Positions 37,719-50,812 of a stretch of 64,000 nt of DNA are shown in pieces (position 1 is the stretch's first letter; every line of letters begins with the position of its first letter). The DNA is from Octopus vulgaris (Eukaryota). Location of the stretch: NCBI GenBank assembly GCA_951406725.2, contig OX597816.1, positions 122,574,001-122,638,000 of the forward strand, read 5' to 3'. The position numbers were made by a program, and so were the translations under genes. The notes under the pieces were generated by a model, which did not search any database, was not told the origin of the DNA, and saw only the letters and a list, made by a program, of their open reading frames with translations.

Positions 37719-40441
37719 AGTGAGTATGTGTGCGTGTGTTTTTTGGGGTGGGGAACGAAAATGAGCATCCTGAAATATAACAATATAATTTATGATAGTT
37801 CAATAATCATAAAATAAGAAGCATGCACTTACATGTAATATTATACGAGGCATTCTAGAGATATTCCAGCCGGTCAGAGGCATTCCAGCCAGTACCGGCC
37901 CGTTTGCTCTTTATTTTCCCAAGACAGTCATGCAATTTAAGGGATATCTAACTGCTACCTCTAGTTGACAGAATATGAGGTTCCTCCTTATTTGCTCGGG
38001 TTAGAATGTGTAATTAAGATCAGTTATCCCTGTATCTCATGAGCGTTTCATATCTGACATTTTCAGTTTTAAATGTTCAATATCAATGTCTCATTTTCAA
38101 TTTGTTGATGTCGATATTTCTATTGAATGTTTAAATATGGTTATGTTTATGTACCCATTTATGCTTACCTTCAAATGTTATATATTATTTGTGGGAAGTT
38201 TGGATCATCTCGCATTCAAATATTCTCTAATATTTGTGAAGAAGGTGGACTGAATCATATTCCTTAATTCATTAACACGTTGCTGGAGAATGATTGGCAT
38301 CCCCTATATAATCTCCGCCCTTGTATATTACAGAGGCCTGGATATATTCCGTTGGCTTCAAGTTATTTCTCAATATTTTAATCGGACATTTGGCAAGTGT
38401 GTGCACTTGACAGACTCAAGTGTCCACTTTGTTCATACGCAATTTATTAACAATTATCTTGAAATGAGTGAATTTTATGTTCAACCTTTCCATGTTTGTA
38501 GCGAAATTAATCTGAGATATGGAATCCCGGAGAAACATGTATACTGAAAGGTCATCTGTCATTCTTTTTGATCGTAGTCCAGGAAAATGCTGTGGATAGC
38601 CATTAAGTCACAAGACTTTATAGGATTTCTTATCACATGGGATATTATTTGCCACATCGTGACATTTACTTCTCCTCGATTAATCTTGTATTTAATGTAA
38701 AACATTTTAACAGTTGTATGTTAGACAGATTAAGACTTTTCTAAATGCTAATTCAGCGCCGTCGCTGCGTAGAATATGGTATGGCTTAATTATTTGCTCA
38801 CACCCCAGAAACACAAAACAATCTGTACGGATAGTAAATCCAATCGAATGGTATGTAAATTGTCTAATCAACGGTTATGCACTTCTTTGATTGTCGTACT
38901 TCATCGATTTTTCATAATTGTCCTACTGTAAACTCTATCATGCAGTTGGTCTCCGTATAGGGAGCCTTGTGGTATCTAGGGCGTGCCTCGTCTATTTAGT
39001 TCTCCAGTTTCTTTTGCATGGTAAAATAAACGTATAGTAACTATAACTTTAGGGGTCAAAAATTTGGTATATGATTCTTTGTGATTAACTGGATATGATG
39101 GTGACAGCTTTAGATTCTAATCTGGAGTGATTCCAGATATTTCAGTAACTTCGGCGCATATGTGAATTCTTTGTTTTCGCATTTGTGTTACATAACAAAT
39201 ATAAAAAGATTGTTCTTCAAACGGCGTCGCGGTGTCATTTTGCTAACTTATTAAAACGTATAAATGTTGCAGCCAGATGGGAAAAAATCATGCAGTTGAT
39301 AATATGGAATTAAACAGACATTGTAGAAGCTGTGTGAGTTGTACAAACAAGCTCATTGTATAGGGGTTCTCATTTATCTAGATGAACCTTTAGTTTCCTT
39401 GTGTTGTGTCACTGGATACGTGTGTTTTTGTTTTCTGTATATCTCTTTCACTGCAGATTATAATGCTGCAGATAATATTGTCGAATATTAGAAAAAAGGA
39501 AGACTGATTAAGTTTTCGCTGAAACGTTTCATATTATTCTATAAAAATGTACTGGATTTGAGTTTTGTGAGAGAACCTTGACATCGCTCACTTAATCGTC
39601 AATAAAATTGTGACTACATATAAAATCTATAATGCTGGAGATAATGTTGACAATAGGGAGAAAATTGTAACACTTAGAGGAACGACCAATTTATCGAAGA
39701 TCATAGTTGTGACCTAAAATTGATAAAGGCTGTAGTTATTGTTACTGTTGAGATGCTTCGGCCTGTTCTTTGCCTACTGAAGGCTTCATAGTAACTATTA
39801 TCTCCTAATGACGCCTTCATCGATTATACATTACTTTTCCTTTCATAGAAGTTAGAAGCAGATCTCTATGCAGTACGTATTTCACAGTTTCTGATACAAC
39901 GAAATCACACCAGATGGCAAGGCCAAGTATTCAAATTTCATAATGCAAAATGATAACGATCACATGGAAGATAGAACAATGTATCAGCACAAAAAATCAT
40001 AAGAATCACTCTTTTATAAAACCCTTTTGAATTGCACACATGTACCAGCAATAACTTTGAAGTCACTAGTAATATTGATTATGTTAAAGATAGGGAAACA
40101 AAAACACATATACGACGAACAAAAGAGGTATATGCTCATATTACAGCTGTACGACATCTTTAGATTCCTACCTGTGATTAATTCAGATCGTTGGATATCT
40201 AACTTGGTATATCAGCAGAGATCTTTTGAAGCTGGCTTCCAAAAATATCAGAAAACTGAGTATTTACAATTACCATTAATGGAGTCCTTAATGAAGCTGG
40301 AAAATTCCTAAAATATGCCATAAGGTTAGGCTATCGTACATGTATAGTACAGACATACAAACATAGGTAATTATATATATTTATATAAATTAGTGTACGT
40401 TTTTATACACAAAAGAGGTGACCTTTAACAGGACACCTTAC

Positions 40442-42412
40442 ATGCTGGAAAAGGCAGTTAAAGCCCAAACCACGAATAACAGTAATTTGAAAGGGAATGA
40501 AAAATAAAAACACTTCAAAGTTTCCCTTACACTCAAGTTTCTGCTTTAATGTGCAAATAAATTAATTTGCCATCCATGCTTCTTCAGTAAGGGTGGTAAA
40601 ATTGGTGTATATTTATGCAACACTGCGCTGCGCTGAAGTGACAGCGGAAGACCCGGAAAAAGAGAAATTAAGAAAGCTAACACTGAAGTCGTTGAATTGG
40701 GACCCTGAAAAGATGAAGAGATACTTGAGCAAAGTAGAAATAGAAGCAACGAATGTGAAGCTTGTAATGCCGGAGGAGAAAAAGAAAATGTTAAGGGATT
40801 TAACAAGAGTATACAGAACATTCTCCAAAGAATCCAGGAGGATTGAAATAGCACCGGAATTTCAAATAGAAACAATGGTATCGTGCTGTATGGATAGAGT
40901 GGTTTTCATAAATAGAGGAAGCCAATACGGCACGATAAATATTACATTTGAAAATGTGGAGGCGGCAAAGAAGAATGGCCAAGTGATAGAAGGAAATAGG
41001 TAGACTCTCATTCCCGACAAACCGGGAAAAAAGTTGGTGAAAATTAGAGTTGGAAGAATCCCACCCATAATAGAGCCCGAATGGGTAATAGTGGGAATCT
41101 TCGGAGAGAACTTTAAGAAAGGAAGTACAAACTTAAACGTTCTAACAGTGAGTAAATCACAATGTTTGAATTTTGGGGGTTATGAAATTGAAGCAGTTTG
41201 CGCTATAACCGAAGTATACTATCAGGAAATACCGGAAACGTTAGAATTACCGACCAGTGAAAAGTTGGATATTGTGCTACAGGGAAGACCCCCAAAATGC
41301 TACTTGTGTGGCATAAGGGGGCATATGAGAAGGAAATGCCCGAATACAGAAGTAGAGAAAAGGCTGGAAACAACAGTGGAAGAAAAAGCAGCCGATAAAG
41401 AGAAGATGGAGAACAATAATAGAACGAATGTGGTGAAGAGAAAGAAGAGAGAACGTAAAAAGTCACCAACTTTGGAAGAAGCAAAAAAGAGTAGGGGGTG
41501 GCAGAGAATGTAACTCATCAGAACGGTAACACCGAAGAGCCAACTATGGAAGGGATAGAGAGAGCGATGGAACTGCAAAACAAAGACGAAACAGAGCGAG
41601 AAAATTTAGAGTTGTGTAAGCTAAAAGATAGAGAACAGACGGAAGAGACGTATTTGAAAAAGTCATCAACTTTAGAAGAAACGGAAAAAAAGTAGTGGAA
41701 TGACAGAGAATATAACAGACCAGGACGGTAACACTGAGAGAATATATATAGAAGATATGTTGAGAGCGATGAAACTGCAAAGCGAAGAAGAAGTGTGGCA
41801 GTGGTTTAGGCTCAAAGAAAAAGAACAGATGGAAGAGAAGTATTTACAGTCGGGAGAAATTTCAGATACACAAAAAGAGATGAACGAAACAGTAGACTCG
41901 AGAAGAGAAACACAAGAAAAGAAAGAGAACGAGAGGAAAAATAAATGTAACAATAATAAATGTGGAAAAAAAAACGTAGATGGTAAGTATAATTACGAGT
42001 GTAATGCAACTAATTGTTTTTAAAAAAAATATGAATTGAACTGCAAATGAACTGAGAATTGAACTTATTTGTCTGTGAAATTTAATATGCAAAAAAAAAG
42101 GAAAAAATAAGGACTGGAAAAAAAGATAAAATAGAAAAAGAAAATACAAAGACTAATGTGAACAATTAATGATAAATTTTACGATATTGATAAGAAGACC
42201 ATCGCGGTTTCGCCTCACAGTGAGACCCGATGGTATTGAGAATTAATATGAAAAATTCACTGTTCGTCTCACAGAGGGAGTGAGTCGAACAGCTTCATTC
42301 TCAGTAATTATTAATCACTCCATCAATCATACATCATTTGTTTTATGTTCCCGTTTTGTCTTGTTTTGTCCCCTCTATGTAATCAGGCCATTGTGCCTAT
42401 AATAAAGAGAAA
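40442..42412 (+). mobile_element. ORF1-only non-autonomous non-LTR retroelement (HAL1-like, Tx1-type ORF1)
   Basis: One gag-like ORF with a CCHC knuckle and no RT or endonuclease. 3' end ..ccctctatgtaatcaggccattgtgcctatAATAAAgagaaa resembles the Tx1 3' end. Candidate TSD aggacac(ct/gc)tac at 40430-40441 and 42413-42424. Confidence 0.7.
40593..42023 (+). pseudogene. ORF1/gag-like nucleic-acid-binding protein, disrupted
   Basis: 40593-41003 and 41034-41513 are in frame across one TAG. RRM-like YGTINITFENVEAAKK, KIRVGRIPP, QGRPPKCYLCGIRGHMRRKCP (CX2CX4HX4C), then a K/E-rich tail with frameshifts. Confidence 0.75.
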
Positions 42413-42424
42413 AGGACACGCTAC

Positions 42425-42470
42425 CCTGAACTGATGATGGGCAATACCCAGAAACATGCATGTATTCAGG
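42425..42470 (+). ncRNA. Type I hammerhead ribozyme, intact core
   Basis: cctgaa-CTGATGA-tggg-caata-ccca-GAAA-catgcatg-TA-ttcagg. Perfect 6-bp stem I, 4-bp stem II, palindromic stem III (acatgcatgt), GUA cleavage triplet at 42462-42464. Confidence 0.85.
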
Positions 42471-42738
42471 TTGCTGTTCCTAGCTGGTGGGGGTGCTTGC
42501 CTCCCCTTTGCGAATATAAATACACAGAAAATGTGTCAAAGCCGACAGGAAGCGTCGATGCTTCCTAGGGCTATATAGCGGTGGTGTAATTCCCTCTACG
42601 GGACTGTCACATTTTGTTGACTTTATACAACCACTTTATCGCTCCACCACCGCTCATGTCTCGTTGAGACATTTAGAAATTCATTATTTCTAAATATATA
42701 TATAAATATATATATGTTTATATATATATATATATATA

Positions 42739-42775
<37 letters not shown>

Positions 42776-43458
42776 ATATATATATTTAAAGTGTAGGCCA
42801 AATGCCATTCGACAGTAAATCAAAATTCCATAAATATTTAATATTCAATTTTAGTTATCCATTTGGGAAAATGGTGTCGCTCCAAAACGACTTCAATTTG
42901 AACGCTTCATATTTAGATGCTTTTATTAAATTTATCGTGTTGTTAAACATGAATAAATCTTGGAATTAATCGGTTTATCGGTTTTGATTTACTGTTAGGT
43001 GACTTTTGGCCAACTCTGTATGTATGTATGTGTTTGTGTGGAGAGAGAGAGAGAGAGGCGGAAGATCACAGGTAGATATGTTTACTTATATTTATAAGTC
43101 ACAAAAAATTGCATAACATTAATACATTACATATGCACTGAGTCCATCAATTATGGCTACGAAGCTGTTTCGTATCTCATATCAAATATGTGTACATGTA
43201 TTATCTCGTATAGTTGCAAAAACGCATGCAGCTTTGCTGTAAGAACTGAACCAAGTAAGAAGTTGACAATTTGCTTCAGTAGATACTGACTTTATAAACT
43301 ACACATTAATAACAAACAAATGTATCTATGTTGTGATATACAGTTATAAACATCAGCCTACATCACATTAAACTAAACGATTAGACGATGTTATCAGTTT
43401 GCATAGGGTCTCAAGTAAATTACGTTTATGTATGTGCATAAGGAAATATGTATGTATA

Positions 43459-44376
<918 letters not shown>

Positions 44377-44399
44377 CAACATATGTAATACTGCTTCAT

Positions 44400-45105
44400 T
44401 TTCCACAATCCCAACATGGTTAATCCTAACAAAATGATGAAACAGATTTCCAGCGCACCCTATCTAATATATCATTTGGTACCTCTGGTGTCATAGCAGC
44501 TATTAACAAATTTACCAACTACTCAGCTGCAAGACCTGACAGTTTCTCCTCTAGAGGTTAGGTGTTCCGACATCAACTAGCATTCCCTTTAGCTATTCTC
44601 TGGAGGAAATCACTGGATACTGGATATATTCCCGATAGTTTCCTATCGCAGTAGATTGTCCCAATTTTTAAAAAATGCAACAAATCGATGGCAATAAATT
44701 TCCGACCGATTTCACTTACCACTCATATTATCAAATTATTTGAGAGAGTGGTGAGATCTCGAGTAAATCACTTCCTGGTGAGTGACAGTCTATTTATTCC
44801 CAGCATAGTTTCCATAATGACACTGGCTTCCTAACACAGCTCATGCATCTGTCTTCGCTTCAGCAAGGTATTCGACGAAGATGACTACACCGTCCTATTA
44901 AAGAAACTAACCAACATTATTAACGTAGGCTGAATGATTTCTGGTGAACAGAAGCCAGTATATGTGGATCAATCTCGACAAGAATCATCAGTGGAGTCCT
45001 ACAAGGCACTGTGTTGGTCATACTCCTCTATATTATTTTACATCAACGACATCACTGACGTCATGAAACACAGCAGCATTTAGAATTTTCGCAGATGACT
45101 CTAAT
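44400..45105 (+). mobile_element. CR1-group LINE RT remnant
   Basis: IPLAILWRKSLDTGYIP, IVPIFKK..NFRPISLTTHIIKLFERVV, FSKVFD, SGVLQGTVL..IYIND, FADDS; many deletions. Confidence 0.8.
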
Positions 45106-46600
45106 CTATTTTGCATTACTGAACGGTTTTGGATAATTTGATATGCAAATTATTTGTTTAAAAATATATACGATTCCAAGCACACTGTAGAACGTAAGCA
45201 TCCTCAAACCGATCACTTGTTTTTCCTGTCGACGGAAGCAATAAGTCTGTGAATCAACAACCTAAATTATTTTTCACATCGAAGCTAAAATGATTTATTC
45301 ATTTTAAAAGTAGAGGTATTATAGTTTACTTTTTATGCAAATAAGACTGAGCTGTTTAAACAAACTTTAGTTTGTATACACTACCAATAGCTGTAAGCTT
45401 CAAATCGCTATGTGGATAGGAGATAGGTAAATCTTCTATAATAAAGTTCTAAGAGGACTCGAAATTAACCCCACTTTTCCCGTTTACAGAGAGATAAAAT
45501 CCCAAGTGTAAATATTTTGTTCACTTTCCGCTGCGAGGCCCAAAAGGTATGATTATGTTTATAACAAACACCATAATATAGATACACACGTATTTTGTTT
45601 ACAAACATATGGCGTGCTACTTCTTTTTTAGTCTATTTATTCCATTCAAGTGGGCTAGAAGCAAAAACAAAGGTAATTCAGTTAGGTGCAAATGTGCAAA
45701 ATGGCATACATGAAACATTCTAAATTAATTAAAATCTTCCTTTTGGCAGGAAACAGGAAACAAAAATTGTTTATCATGGCTGTTATCTTGCTTGCAAACA
45801 AAGATTAGATTTTTTCCTCAAATATAAAAAATAATTTTCTGTGAAATTAAATCTGGATTTCTTGAAAACATTTCCAGTTTTTTTCAGTGTCACTAATAAT
45901 TTTTACTGGGACCTTGTTTGCTTTCATTAAATAAGCAAATTTCAGTTTCGTACATTATTTATCAGCTATCTGAATTAGATATACGTGCGTATGAGTATTC
46001 GAAAAGATATAAAAAACTCTATTGACTCTTCCTGAGAAAGGGGCGGAAATCTCTAAATTTGTAAATGCCTTGTACCACTCTCGTTCAAATTCCTCCAGTT
46101 CTCCCTTCATCACAAGCACAATAATCAAAAACACGAAATCGAAGTTCTTGGTCCATCCAAACTTTTGCCGAATTTCTTCCAAACTCATTTCTTCACAATA
46201 TCATATATATAAATTTTTGCAATGCAAGACATAAATGAAACAGATGCAATTAAGGTGAACATTGTTGCAAACATCTTAATAGCATTCACCTCTGCATTCC
46301 TGAGAAAGTTGTGGCATAAGGTTTCCACTCACTTGTCCATTCTGTTAATCACTTTTTCACGTCTAGTGTTTATGAAAACGGCGACTCCAGAGAATGACAT
46401 TTATAAAGACTAGCATTAAGTCGTGTATTTTTGCACTGCTTTTATCAGTGATATACGTGGTGTTTGTGCACCAGCGAACTTTGCCGTTGTCTCAAAGTTG
46501 CAACATGAGAGTATAGATAACAGCAAATTGTGGATGAATGCTGCTTTAGACATACAACTCGTTTCTACCGTATCAGAAGTTACACTATTAAATGTACATA

Positions 46601-47357
46601 CAGGGTGTTCGGACTAACTTTGGTGAGTTTTTAATATCTCCTTTTCTTCAGAAACAGATTGATGTTTTGGTGAACAGTACATGGTGTTTGAGGGCCAAAC
46701 GATTGAAGTTGCTGCTGAGAAAAAGTTAGCTGGCATGGAAGATTGGAAGTCATCTGAATATTGGAAAAGAGTTACCTGTATCACAATGCTTCGCACCGGT
46801 TATCAGAACTCTAACCTCATGACTGCTGTTCAAAGCTCTGTGAGAACTGTAAAGTCTATAAGACAGTGTGAAAAGCTACTGGAAACTTTCCAATCCCTGG
46901 CTAGAAAGGATTACTACGAGGTCATATCTGTGGAAGTAGGATCTGGAACCTTACCATACCTCCTGAAATAGTTAAAAGTGGTTGTCGGAGAATTTTTACA
47001 ATTTCACTAGCCCCCTAATTCTCACCTCCTAATTCCTACAATTATAATCCCATGGATTACTATGTGTGAAGAGCGGTTGAGAAAAATACAAACTGCTCTG
47101 CCTGCAACACCAAGGGCGAGCTGTTGGACAGGATCAAGGATGTGTTCAAAGATCTCATGGACACTAACAAACACATGCGTCAGGTTCCAGAGCCATATTG
47201 ACACCGTGGTGGAAGCTGAGCTACTTTCAGTAAACTATAATCTTCCCGCCGTCATCAATATGGTATTTTTTTTATTTTTAAAATACTTTTATTTTTGGAA
47301 AGGATATGTTTTTTTTTTCCGTATGTGCAAAGCTCCAAATTTAGCCTGATCACCCCT
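46601..47357 (+). mobile_element. Tc1/mariner superfamily, maT (DD37D)-like, internally deleted
   Basis: TA-cagggtgttcggactaactttgg ... ccaaatttagcctgatcacccct TIRs; MEDWKSSEYWKR N-terminus; *PPNS..YNPMDYYV* (~WPPNSPD.NP.DY.VW). Confidence 0.75.
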
Positions 47358-47429
47358 CTTTGTCTCTGTCTCAAAGTGATGACCCAACACACCGTGGGTT
47401 ACGAGGCCTTAAAAAAGCCAGCCTGATAT

Positions 47430-48015
47430 AACTCAGAGAATGTCAGATTTTTCGTGTGACGTGATCTGCCTGATGCGGTTTTCAACAAGCGTCAAACGAC
47501 GTGGCATCAACTAAGCAGAGACCTTCGTCAAACCAAGTTTATTATGCAGAATATTTTCAACTCTCTAACTGGAGATGGTAATAGCATTGGATATTTGATT
47601 TATAGTCCAACGCCTGTCATCCATTACCATGTGGTAAACATGATCAATGTTTCTTCGTTGGTGGCAGTTTCAGGATGTCCAGACATTGGATAATCTTCAA
47701 GAATCTCCCTTACTGTTCTAAACTCAGCTGCTCGCTTTTGCACTGTTCATAATATAATAACCGTGTAAGCATGAATGTCCTTGGAGGCTAAACCCTTTTT
47801 CTGCAGGTACTTGATAACACCACGACGCAAAATTTTGTCGATCTTCAAGAGAAATTATTACTATTTACTTTTGAAGTCACCTTTGAACTGTCAGATGTCA
47901 GTTTAGCAGGAAAGAAACAGTGTAGTTATTAACAAGGTAGGTTGGAATTAATGCATGCAATATTTCCAGCATGACTCCTTCATAGACAGTCTATGAACTT
48001 TGCAGTCCGCCTTTG
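47430..48015 (-). mobile_element. mariner N-terminal half
   Basis: Minus strand DKILRRGVIKYLQKKGLASKDIHA..TVQKRAAEFRTVREILEDYPMSGHPETAT..ILHNKLGLTKVSA*LMPRRLT (~WVPRLLT). Confidence 0.85.
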
Positions 48016-48019
48016 CGCG

Positions 48020-48076
<57 letters not shown>

Positions 48077-48464
48077 TTAGATATAGTAGACCCCTACATC
48101 ACACCAAATAAAAAGAATTTTTATTTTTATTTTAAATACCAACTGTTTTATTACTTGGCAACACGTGTTTCATGAGGTACATCCTCGGGTTTCTAAACCA
48201 CTCCGTGTTTCCCTGGAACCCCTCTCAAGATGCCACCCCAATCATCAGGCCCTTATATAATTTTATCAACGTTCAATACAACAAGCTATATTTTAATTTT
48301 CTAAAACCCTTTAGTATGTGTAAAATAGGTATGTTTAAATTAGGTGTGTTAAATTAGTTTCGCTGGCCTCTACAGTACAAGCCATAATTCAGATAAAAAT
48401 TCAAATAGAGATAAATAGTTACAGAAATAAAAGTTACACGAATAAAGTAAGGAATAACATAAAA

Positions 48465-49087
48465 AAAGTTCCCATTGGTGCAATGACAAGTGGGTGCATA
48501 TATTGTAAAGCAAGGAAGTAATCTGGAGAGACACCTGCACTACGCTGCAGTGGTGGAAATGTTAAACTCCCTGCAATCCTCCAGCCTCAAGAGCCATTGA
48601 AGAAACTCTTGTCATCAATTGACCAAGATTCCAAGTACTTCCAAAACAAAATTAGACAATACAATGCTGCAATACTGATGATATCATTCGGATCCACAAG
48701 AGATTTAACTGAGCCATGATTCATGCAAACTTTCAAACACCAAGATCAGATTTATCATCGGATTAGCTCTCTACTACCTCTATCAAATGAATCACTAAAA
48801 TCGGACTTTCATTGTTTATAATCTGTAACTGTTTTTTTTTTTGGTTACGAAATAATCTGCACAAAACGTGTTTTTGAATTACGTGTATTTACTTTATATA
48901 CACATATGAGTCGGAAACTTTCTTTTAACATTTCACTTAACGTCTATGTTCCATGTTGGCATAAGTTGGAGAGTTATAAATGTAGAAAGTTGGTATCTCA
49001 GCGACTAGCTGTTGAGAACTCGCAATCTAGACGACGTTTTTAAATTTCATCATTCTCTTTTGCCCGGGCAATGCCAGGTATTTTATG

Positions 49088-49092
<5 letters not shown>
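48465..49092 (+). mobile_element. Helitron derivative: RepHel N-terminal fragment joined to 3' terminus
   Basis: IGAMTSGCIYCKARK*SGETPALRCSGGNVKLP..EPLKKLL..FQNKIRQYNAA..SFG..QIYHRISSLLP. 3' GC hairpin cccgggcaatgccagg followed by a ctaa|t (CTRR) end. 5' end not located. Confidence 0.8.
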
Positions 49093-49130
<38 letters not shown>

Positions 49131-49599
49131 TCATGCATACATACAAGCAGACAAACATTTATGTATGTAAAAGTATATATATGTATATATACATATGTAT
49201 GTGAATTTCAATACAAGTGATTTGTTAATCACTGTTTTTCTTTTAATAATAGCTAAATTTGTCTGAGAATTCGGTTCCTTGTAGTTACTTCTATCGCCAC
49301 TGCTAAATACTTCTCGTCTGCTATTGATATATTTCTCCGATTTTTAACTCTATACATCTATACGAGATGCTTTCTCAAGATAAACACCACAGTTTCCTGG
49401 AATTCGCCAGTATATCTGAGTTGAGTATGATATATACAGAATGCTAATTTGATCTAGTACTGCTTCCTTCTCAGGTGATATCTGTTAGGCGGTTGATGAC
49501 GAATATATATTCTTCATATACTTGTCTCTGAATCTATTATATCTAGGAGTCCCGTTGTTCTGAGTTGTACTTTATCCTCATAAGGTTGAATAACTTCCT

Positions 49600-50812
49600 G
49601 GCAGGTGCTGGGAAAGGCTTGCAAAGATGAAAAAGATTTCTTAGTAGTTCATGTTGATCTTATAGAGATCTTTGATGTAGTATGTCGTGAGGTATTATGG
49701 AAGGTCCTGATAAAGCTTGCGGTACCTGAACAAATGTTGAGTGTGATTATAGCATTGCAAGAAGACATGAAAACCTCTGTCATTTCAAATGGGTATCAAG
49801 CAGGCCATTTGGAATGACGAGTAATTCAAAACAAGGACGTGTACCGTCACTAGTGTTATTTGAATTGCATTATTTTTTTCTTGCAGCCATGGTAAATCAT
49901 GCCTTTGCTAATATTATAGAAGGTGCTTCTGGGGGATATCGTACAACTAGAAGAATTTATAGTCAGCAAAGTTTTAAGGCTAAAACAAGAATATGCTTTC
50001 AGACTGTAAGAGACTCGCTACTTGCATATGACTGTTCACTGCTTGCCCATCCTCTTGAAGACATTCAACTAATGCTAAAACAAATTTACTGATGCTGCCA
50101 GATCTTTCGGCCTGATGATAAGCATAAAAAAAGACCAAATTTTGACCTTCATCCATGTACCGGCAACAGTCCAGCGATTAAGTCTACAGTGTTTGTAGTC
50201 GGAAAAGCTCTAAAAACAATCAATTCTTTCACTTGACTTGGCTCTACTGTGACAAATGTTGTTAATCCTGACAAAGAAATTGAAATACGTATTAGCAACA
50301 CAAGTTCACCTTTTGTCAGACTGTACCAGAGATTTTGGAATGACCGTGATGTCTCTATTAAAATCAAAATTGAAATCCATACAGCAGTCGTCATAACAGC
50401 TCTCTTGTATGGAGCAGAGACTTTGACCCTAGTGAAAACATTAATCAATTAAACAACTTTCATATGAAATGCCTGGCACAAATATGCAAAATAAAATGTG
50501 GAATTGGATGATAGGGTTAGGGGCAGTGAATGATGATAGAATTCCAAAGCAAATCTATGTACGACTAACAAGCCACGACGTTAGACTGGTAGACCATTAC
50601 TACAGTATAACTTAGGGATAATTTAAAGCACCTCAACATCAAAAGCAATGGCTGTAAGGATAGTGCAAAATAAATAAAAAATGACTCACGAAGATAGTGC
50701 CACATAGGACTTTCAAAGGAAAAGAATCTTTCCCCATAATCATTTGTATGAAAACATTTGTGACTTAATCGTCAGGTCAATTGCTGGCTTAACTAGGTAT
50801 TTCCGTGCTCAT
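49600..50812 (+). mobile_element. RTE (BovB-like) LINE remnant
   Basis: VDLIEIFDVVCREVLWKVL, KQGRVPSLVLF, DSLLAYDCSLLAHPLEDIQ, FT*LGS, RISNTSSPFVRLYQRFW..IKIEIHTAVVITALLYGAETL, terminal C..SIAGLTRYFRAH. Confidence 0.8.

Noticed and set aside
39735-39800. Minus-strand hammerhead-like string ctatgaagcct..aggccgaagc
   Set aside because: Both core boxes are mutated and the stems are ambiguous.
48150-48255. Minus-strand cctgatga..gaaacac and a second gaaaacacgtgt motif as hammerheads
   Set aside because: Stems I and III cannot be closed convincingly; possibly pLTR debris but unsupported.
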